A stretch of 64,000 bases of DNA, taken from contig JAJDEP010000003.1 in NCBI GenBank assembly GCA_029259715.1, forward strand, positions 301,370-365,369, in the 5' to 3' direction. Every line of letters starts with the position of its first letter. The stretch's first letter is position 1. This DNA comes from Planctomycetota bacterium. GTDB lineage: Bacteria > Planctomycetota > B15-G4. Position numbers and translations under genes: made by a program. Below the pieces are notes generated by a model. That model was not told where the DNA came from and ran no database searches. It saw only the letters and a program-made list of their open reading frames with translations. Shown piece by piece: positions 57,581-64,000 of the stretch.

Positions 57581-58101
57581 GACTCGGCCTCCAACATCAC
57601 GGCGATCTGCAAGTTGATTCGGCGTTGCTCGGCGCCCTGCTCGACCTTGAGCTGGAGCAAGCGCGTGACCCACGGCATGCCTTCCAGCGCCGTGAGGAAC
57701 TCGAGCAAGGACGAGGCGTTGCCTTCCACGACCAGATCGATCGCGCGGAAGGGGAAGCGCCCGCTCCGGTTCGTGGAGCCGCTGTCCATGCGCACACTGA
57801 CCAGGCCGGTGTCGATGACGTGCTCGAGCACGAGCGTCTCGACGCCTTGCAGGGCTTCGGGCGTGTCCGGGCAGAGCCGCTGCGCACGATTCGCGCTCTG
57901 CTCCCGGACCTCGAGGACCTGCTGGTGCAGCTCCTGCACCTGGAGCTGCACAGCCTCGTCGGCGACGCGCTGGCTGTTGAGCAGGTGCACCTCATCCTCG
58001 AGGGAGGTCACGCTCCCCTGGATCGGATAGAGGACGCCGGACGAGGCGATGATCAGACCCACGCCGATGAGGGCGATGGTGGTTGAGGCCTTGGACTTCA
58101 T
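57577..58101 (-). CDS. PilO/GspM-like inner-membrane assembly protein
   Basis: 174 aa. N-terminal TM, then a coiled coil (LEDEVHLLNSQRVADEAVQLQVQELHQQVLE), then a ferredoxin-like C-domain. ATGA overlap with the upstream gene. Confidence 0.6.
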   Translation of the reverse strand: MKSKASTTIALIGVGLIIASSGVLYPIQGSVTSLEDEVHLLNSQRVADEAVQLQVQELHQQVLEVREQSANRAQRLCPDTPEALQGVETLVLEHVIDTGLVSVRMDSGSTNRSGRFPFRAIDLVVEGNASSLLEFLTALEGMPWVTRLLQLKVEQGAEQRRINLQIAVMLEAES

Positions 58102-59477
58102 CAGCGGGTCTCCGCGCGGGCGTAGATGCGGAAGCGTTCGCCCTCGGTGCCCACCCCGATGAGGACGCGCTCACTCGCCTCGACCTGCACGTTCGAGAAC
58201 GCCTGCGTGACCAGCAGGTCGTCGGCGAACTTGCGCACGGCCAGGTTGTCGGCAGCGATGCCGTGGATGCGGACATCGAGGTTGCGCGCGACCGGCTCGT
58301 TCGGGTCGACCACGGCATCCTTGTCGAGGATCGCCTTCTCCTCGTCCGCGATGTGGATCGACTCGATCATGATCGAGCCGGCGGCATGGTTGGCGATGAT
58401 CGAGAACAGCGTCGACATGCGGTGGCCGGGATAGGCGAGGTTGATCACCTTCTCGTTGGCCTTCTCCTTGTCGAGCTCAGCCTGCAGGTTCGCCAGCTCG
58501 ACCTTCGCGACGGCGAGGATGGTGAGCTGGTTCTGGAGGTCGGACTTCTTCGTCTCGAGGTCGCCGGCCTTGCGCGACCCGGTCACGCCGGCGAGGACCA
58601 CGATGAGCGCCGCGGCGGCCGTCATGGTGACGCCGTACTTGCGCACCTTGCGCTTCTGCCGCATGACCCGTTCTTCGGGCGGCGTGAAGTCGACGAGGGC
58701 CCGACCGTCCGTGGCCAGGCCCAGCCCGATGCAGTCGTCGCAGGCCGCCGGGGCGACATCGACGCGGATGCCGATCGACTCGGCATAGACCTTGCGGTCG
58801 TCCTCGTCGACGCTGACGGTCTCGAGCACGTCGAGATCGCTGCCGCCGATGGCGCCGAGCGCCCGCGAGATGGTCGCCTTGAGTTCGGGTCCCGAGACAG
58901 GGGACGGGACGATGCGCGCGAAGAGCAACTTCTCGTCGCGGCCGGCCAGGATCATGTCCCCGTCACCGGAGCGGATCAGCCGTACGTGCAGGCCTTCACC
59001 GGGCCACGCCCGCCAGGCCGACAGCGTGCCGCATTCGACCGCCTCGACGTCGAGCTGCATCTCGCGGCAGACGGCGACGACATCCGTGAGGCGCTGCTTG
59101 TCGATCGCGGCCATGACCACGAGTGAAGGTCCGGGCGTGGCCCGGGTCCCTGATACTGCCGACTCCGCAGAGAACCCCATCGTCGCCTTCTCGGCATTGA
59201 AGACGGGGTCGCCCTTGAGGCGGTCAGTGCAGATGGCGCGGGCCGACTTGGACCCGGGCGGAACCGTGAGTGACTCGATCAGGACCGACTTGCCTTCGAG
59301 GCCGACGCGCACCTGCTTGCCCACGAAGGGAGCGGAGGAGAGCAGCTGCCGGACGCTCTTCTTGAAGTTGTCGTCGATCGAGACCGCCGAGGCGACGACC
59401 TTGCCGTCCACCATCTGCACGGCACGGAGCTGTCCGTCCGCCACTACGAGTCCGATGTTTCCGGATTTCCTCTTCAA
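58101..59477 (-). CDS. PilM-PilN fusion (GspL-like) inner-membrane assembly protein
   Basis: 458 aa. N-terminal approx. 270-aa actin-like PilM/GspL cytoplasmic domain, TM (VTMTAAAALIVVLAGV), coiled coil, and PilN-like periplasmic domain. Confidence 0.65.
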   Translation of the reverse strand: MKRKSGNIGLVVADGQLRAVQMVDGKVVASAVSIDDNFKKSVRQLLSSAPFVGKQVRVGLEGKSVLIESLTVPPGSKSARAICTDRLKGDPVFNAEKATMGFSAESAVSGTRATPGPSLVVMAAIDKQRLTDVVAVCREMQLDVEAVECGTLSAWRAWPGEGLHVRLIRSGDGDMILAGRDEKLLFARIVPSPVSGPELKATISRALGAIGGSDLDVLETVSVDEDDRKVYAESIGIRVDVAPAACDDCIGLGLATDGRALVDFTPPEERVMRQKRKVRKYGVTMTAAAALIVVLAGVTGSRKAGDLETKKSDLQNQLTILAVAKVELANLQAELDKEKANEKVINLAYPGHRMSTLFSIIANHAAGSIMIESIHIADEEKAILDKDAVVDPNEPVARNLDVRIHGIAADNLAVRKFADDLLVTQAFSNVQVEASERVLIGVGTEGERFRIYARAETR

Positions 59478-59520
59478 TTGACTTGCCTCTCCCAGTGGTC
59501 GCGGATGCGGTTGGCGGGGA

Positions 59521-60021
59521 CTACTCGATCCCTATCGGCACTTCCGTGAACCGAGCCGTAGCCGTATCGATGGTCAGCCGACGGAGGTCTCCATTGGCGG
59601 AGACGTCCATGATTCCCCCATTCGTCAGCACCCCCTTCTCGTTGAAGGCGAGGGTGGGGCGGTTGGGGAAGGCGGCCGAGACCAGGTCCAGCCCCGTGGG
59701 CTGGCCCGGGTGCTTGATGCGGATCACGTAGTCGCCGTGGCTGAGCGGGTCCTCGACCGGAGTGCCCGTCTTGTCCACGACGGCGAAGTACTCCTTGGCG
59801 ACGTGCATCTTGACGCCGAAGGGCTCACCCCGGTGGTAGGCCAGGGACTTCGCGTGGTTGACCGCGTCCTGCAGCTGGATCTGGAGCGTGTCGAGCTTGC
59901 GCTTGGTGCTCAGACCCGAGCTCGGCATCGCGATGGCCGTGAGCATGGCCATGATCGCCATGACGACGAGCAGCTCGAGGATCGAGAACCCAGCACGGGA
60001 GTCGCGTCGGGAGACGTTCAT
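59521..60021 (-). CDS. GspH-like minor pseudopilin, copy 2
   Basis: 166 aa from ATG 60021 (MNVSRRDSRAG|FSILELLVVMAIMAML). The start overlaps the stop of the upstream gene by 1 nt (TAATGA). Confidence 0.75.
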   Translation of the reverse strand: MNVSRRDSRAGFSILELLVVMAIMAMLTAIAMPSSGLSTKRKLDTLQIQLQDAVNHAKSLAYHRGEPFGVKMHVAKEYFAVVDKTGTPVEDPLSHGDYVIRIKHPGQPTGLDLVSAAFPNRPTLAFNEKGVLTNGGIMDVSANGDLRRLTIDTATARFTEVPIGIE

Positions 60022-61046
60022 TACTCGCCTCCGCCAACGACGACATCGGCGTCGAACGCATCCATGGCGTCGTACTCGGCGTCCGTCACGTCCTCGAAGG
60101 GGAAGGACAACGTGCGCACCGACTCGGCGCCGCACTCGACCTGTTCACTCCAGGACTGCAGCCCGCGACCGTGGCCGGGGCGACGGATGCCGCTGCCGAA
60201 GACAGGCTCCTCGGTGGACACGGCCAGGCCGCGCACGGCGCCGCGTCCGGGGACCTCGAACTCCTCGGCCATGACCATGCCGCGCACCTCGACCCGTGAA
60301 GACGAGTCGGCGATGAAGCGCAGGTCAGGTGCCGCCACGGCGACGTCCGGGATGTCGGTTCCGGCCAGCAGACGCAGCCCGCCGTACACCTGCACCTTGG
60401 GACGGTTGGCACCAAGCTGCGGCGCGTTGCTGTTGCACAGTCCGGCGCGGGTGATGATGGTGCCGCGCAAGACGACGTCATCGAGGGTCAGCTCAGCGCC
60501 GGCCTCGAGCAGGAACAGTCCGGCCAGCTGGGTGTCCGTGTAGGTCACAGAGCCGCTGATGATCGTCAGGTTGCCGGCGAGGAGCACCGCATCGCCGACG
60601 TCGCAGCGCAGGCGGTTGCGTTGACCCTGGGTGTCGCCGCTGGGATCGACGCGTCCACGGGCGCGGAGGTTGGCTTCATCGGCCACATCCGAGCCGTTGC
60701 CGCGGGCATGGACCCGCAGGCGACGTTCGTCGTGGTCGATGATCTCGCGCTCGCTGGTCACGATCTCACCGGAGGCCGTCTCCACGGTGTCCTCGCCACC
60801 GTCGCTGACGGTTGTGGGGAGGTGTCCCTCGCGCATCCGGTCACGGGTGCGCTCGAGTCCCGAGCGGCTGGCCTCTTCGGCCGGGCTCGCGCCCGATGCG
60901 AACTCGAGGCTGCGCTTGGCGAGGACCGCGTGGCGGGCGTAGGTGACCGTCACGGAGACCACGATCGCGGAGAGGACGAGGGTGGCCATGAGGACCCACC
61001 CGCCTTGTCGGGAGTCGCGGCGTTGCTTGTGTCTTTGAGAGTTCAT
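60021..61046 (-). CDS. GspK/PilX-like minor pseudopilin, family C copy 3
   Basis: 341 aa. QGG|WVLMATLVLSAIVVSVTVTY (no E+5). RRPGHGRGLQSW matches the family-C DRPG..R.W motif. Confidence 0.7.
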   Translation of the reverse strand: MNSQRHKQRRDSRQGGWVLMATLVLSAIVVSVTVTYARHAVLAKRSLEFASGASPAEEASRSGLERTRDRMREGHLPTTVSDGGEDTVETASGEIVTSEREIIDHDERRLRVHARGNGSDVADEANLRARGRVDPSGDTQGQRNRLRCDVGDAVLLAGNLTIISGSVTYTDTQLAGLFLLEAGAELTLDDVVLRGTIITRAGLCNSNAPQLGANRPKVQVYGGLRLLAGTDIPDVAVAAPDLRFIADSSSRVEVRGMVMAEEFEVPGRGAVRGLAVSTEEPVFGSGIRRPGHGRGLQSWSEQVECGAESVRTLSFPFEDVTDAEYDAMDAFDADVVVGGGE

Positions 61047-61082
61047 CGTCTTACATGTCTCGTTTCTGTCAGCGGCTCGCGG

Positions 61083-61613
61083 CTAGCCTTCGGTCTCGGC
61101 GGGGTCGGTCATCCACCACGTGTGGACGCCGACCTCGTTCAGGTCCTTGAAAATCGTCACTTCGAGTTCCACTAGGTAGTTGCCCTCGAACTCGTCGGCG
61201 TCGACCTCGATGCTCGGGTCGGCGGCGTCCACCGTGCGCACGACCACCACCTGCTCCCAGGTGGGATGCGACACGATGACTTCGTACTCGGCCGAACGCG
61301 GAGGCTGGTACTCGGTCTCGTCGAGATCCCAGAGCGTGTGGACGGAGTCGCCGTACTGCGGCTCCGAGTCCTCGGGCGCCGACCACGGCAACAGCACCGC
61401 TGCCTCGTGGATCTCCTGCGCGAGCATCAAGGCCTCATGCGGGCCTTCCGCGAAGAAGTGGTAGACCTCCGTGGAACGCGCCAGCGAGGCCGTTGAAGCG
61501 ACCAAGGTGGAGCCCACGACGAGGGTCGCGAGCATGAGTTCCGCGAAGCTCGCACCCTGGGTGCGACGGCGACGTGCCGTGTTCGCGACGGGCTTGTTGC
61601 TGGAATGGATCAT
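61083..61613 (-). CDS. minor pseudopilin-like protein, family B copy 3
   Basis: 176 aa from ATG 61613 (MIHSSNKPVANTARRRRTQG|ASFAELMLATLVVG). AQEIHEAAVLLP, DLD...PP, C-terminal HTWWMTDP. The upstream 71-codon R/P-rich extension was rejected as non-coding. Confidence 0.7.
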   Translation of the reverse strand: MIHSSNKPVANTARRRRTQGASFAELMLATLVVGSTLVASTASLARSTEVYHFFAEGPHEALMLAQEIHEAAVLLPWSAPEDSEPQYGDSVHTLWDLDETEYQPPRSAEYEVIVSHPTWEQVVVVRTVDAADPSIEVDADEFEGNYLVELEVTIFKDLNEVGVHTWWMTDPAETEG

Positions 61614-62057
61614 GGTGAGTCGTTTCGAATCCGTATGTCGGGCGTCGCTGCTTTCGCGTCGCGGACTCCGCGGCAGCTCCCGGTGTGTCGGGATCAACCG
61701 GGGGTGACTTGAAGCACCGGCGGGGTCCCGCGAGATCGGTGCCCGGGCGCCGCAGCGATTCACCCTTCCGGCCGGCCGGGGCCATCGGCTGCGGGATGGC
61801 AGCTGGCTGAGCGGGCACCGACGCAAGTCCTTCGAATCAGCTGTCCCGGGCCGCCCTGGCGCCCCTTTCCCACCCGTCCAGGCGATTCCTCAGGGTCTGC
61901 CCGTGGATTCCCGACAAGGAAAGGGTCCAATCCGGATGTCGACAGGGGCGTTGCTCGACTATCCACGGGCTATCCACGGCCACGGGCGCTGACGCCAATC
62001 CGTGCCAGAAGTCGCCAGAGCCCCTCGTCCAAGGACGATTACGCCGACCCGAGACAC

Positions 62058-64000
62058 CATGAACCTCAACCTGCCTGCGCCCTTGTCCCCGAGCCGCCTC
62101 CGGCGTGGCCGGCTGTCGTCCCTCGCGGCGGGTCTCGTGCTGACGACGGCTGTTCTGGCCTCCGCCGCGACCGCCCAGACGGTGACGGAGGGCGGCGGAC
62201 TCGCCGGTCCGGGAGCCACCACCGGCTCCGAACCGGCTCTCGGGGGTCACATTTTCCGGCCGCCTCAGATCGGGAATCTGAATCCTCCGCCCCCGTCCGG
62301 AGGCGGCCCCGGCTGGATCCCCCCGGACGCCGGATTCCCGGGCGATGGACCCGGCGGCGATCCGGACGGCGGCAATGACGAACCGAACAGCGGCCCGCGT
62401 TCGCAGACGCGACCGACCACCGGCGCGCGCCCCAACCGGTTGAGCGACGGGGCCCAGGTGCGCGGCGCGCCGAATCGCCCCAGTGCTGCCACTCCCATCA
62501 TCGAGCTGGGCGACGACCGCTGGGAAGTCTGGTGGGAAGCCAACAAGTTCGACTTCATCGAATTGCGACGCGTCCAGGACACACCCATCACAGGGCAGGG
62601 TGTTCAGCAGGAATCGCCGGAGCAGCGCGAGCAGCGTCTTGCCCATGTGCGGCAGACATTGCGCGACGAGATCCTTCCCCTGCTGCGGCGACTCGCCGCC
62701 TCGCCCGACAGCCAGGTGCGCGCCTCCGTCGCCGTGGCCCTCGGCAAGCTGCGGGACGAGGCCGCCATCGACCTGGTGCGCAAGCTACTCGCCGACACGA
62801 GTCTCATCGTCCGCCGGGCCGCCATGATGTCCCTGGGCATCATGCAGTCGGGGCGCGGCAGCTACCTGCTCATGAACATCGCGGACGATACGTCGATGGG
62901 ACGCGATCTCATCGGCAAGTTGAGCCTCTCCAATGACGACCGCGGCACGGCCCTGATCGTGGCCGGCCTCCGCGGCGATCGGACCGCCGAGCACCTCGTC
63001 GCCGAGATGCTCGAGTCCCGCTCCCAGACGCATCCAGAGATGCTGGCCATGGTCTGTGAGGCCGCCGGCCTTATGGGCGGAGACAGGAACATCCGCTCCC
63101 TCATCGACGTCGCCTTCGACGAGGACCAACCCGAGTACGTGCGCTCGTCCGCGACCTCGGCCCTGGGTCGCATCGGCGACCCCTCGGTGACTCCCGCCCT
63201 GGTCGAACTCCTCGACGGACGCCTGCAGCCGCGCCGGGCCGCGGCCGCGGCCTTGGGCTACGTGACTCACCGCGGCGAGGAACGCGTCATCGAGAAGCTG
63301 GGCGACATCCTCGAGGACGAGAGTGACGCCCCCACCCGCCACTTCGCCGCGATCTCCCTCGGGAGGATCGGTGGCGACCTGGCCCGCGGCCGATTGCTGG
63401 AAGCCTTCGAGGACCCCGCCGCGAACATGCGGCCCTGGCTCGCGCTGGCCCTCGGCTTGAACGCCCGCAACGGTCCCGACAGCGGCATCCCCGACCTGCT
63501 CATGCAGCGCATGGACGGGGAGGCAAACGCCAACACGCTCGGTGCCTACTACATCGCCCTCGGCCTGACCGGGTCTGAGCAGGGCCTCGATCGGCTGCAT
63601 GAGGCCGCGCAGGGCGCCCAGCTCGAACTCGCGAGCCACGCCGCGTTGGCCCTCGGGCTCTCGGGCCATTCACGGGCGGCCGCCATGCTGCGCGGCATCC
63701 TGGCCTCGACCGAGTCCCCGTTCCTGATCCGGCAGACGGCACTGGGCCTCGGCATCCTCGCCGACTCGCGCTCGATCCCCGATCTGGTCGAGTTGATCCG
63801 CGTGACCAACAACCCGCTGGTCGCCAGCTACTCCGCTGTGGCCATCGCCTTGATGGGCGACGAGAACGCCGCCGGCCCCCTGCTCTCGGTCCTCGAGCGG
63901 GAGGGCACCCGGGGCATGACCGCGACGTTCGCGGTGCTGGCCGTGGGGCAGTTGTTCGACACCGACCGCCGCCCGGCCCTCTCGCGCCTCGCGGCGGGAG
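62058..64000 (+). CDS. secreted HEAT/PBS-lyase-repeat protein (3' partial, runs off window end)
   Basis: Open frame from ATG 62058 to the window end with no stop; absent from the track because it has no stop. Signal peptide MNLNLPAPLSPSRLRRGRLSSLAAGLVLTTAVLASAATAQ, a Pro/Gly-rich linker, then repeated xVRxxAAxALGxIGD units (PBS-lyase HEAT-like). Confidence 0.75.

Noticed and set aside
61614-61826. Longer 247-aa version of the B3 pseudopilin ORF starting at 61826.
   Set aside because: The extra 71 N-terminal codons are Arg/Pro-rich and would place the prepilin cleavage site about 90 residues in. ATG 61613 gives a normal leader.

Overview
This is a 64-kb, high-GC (about 68-70%) bacterial chromosomal segment. 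Nearly all long antisense ORFs in the six-frame track are GC artefacts; I called 62 protein genes, one tRNA and two inferred terminators.

The backbone is housekeeping:
- leuS, divergent from tRNA-Ala(GGC)
- an ABC (lolCDE-like) pair
- lysS, divergent from tig-clpP-clpX-rlmN
- an ECF sigma/anti-sigma pair
- accA
- a purS-purS-purL fusion with purQ
- an M20 deacylase

Two accessory regions stand out.

(1) 21.9-31.4 kb holds eleven consecutive genes that all carry a prepilin-peptidase-type leader (G|FTLxE, or the GspK-type variant lacking E+5). They fall into paralogous families:
- A: large pilin-like proteins of 390-445 aa, 3 copies
- B: GspI/J-sized, about 165 aa
- C: GspK-like, about 342 aa
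- G: GspG-like major pseudopilins, 3 copies
- H: GspH-like

The sub-operons are punctuated by hairpins.

(2) 52.0-61.6 kb is a minus-strand operon for the matching T2SS/T4P-like machine. It encodes a third B/C/H minor pseudopilin set, a PilM-PilN fusion, PilO-like and PilP-like proteins, a secretin, a STAS-domain protein coupled to the GspE/PilB ATPase, and GspF/PilC.

My reading is a single secretion/pilus machine served by three alternative major pseudopilins and three alternative A-B-C tip sets. No prepilin peptidase or retraction ATPase lies in the window.

Other notable content:
- a translationally coupled operon ending in a ferric-reductase-like heme TM::Rieske fusion, divergent from a Rieske::GltS-FMN-domain protein
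- an ECF sigma divergent from a Ser/Thr kinase::FGE (SUMF1) fusion
- a compositionally atypical orphan ORF at 10.7 kb
- a sulfatase-like enzyme with Thr replacing the formylglycine Cys
- an alginate-export-family OM beta-barrel
- an FG-GAP beta-propeller exoprotein
- a polytopic membrane protein with an embedded spermidine-synthase-like domain

Lineage is uncertain. The gene content (ECF-STK pairs, FGE domains, PBS-lyase HEAT repeats, many prepilin-like proteins) is reminiscent of Planctomycetota-like or related high-GC Gram-negatives, but I cannot confirm that from sequence alone. I cannot see the left edge of the window (1-74), and the last gene runs off the right edge.
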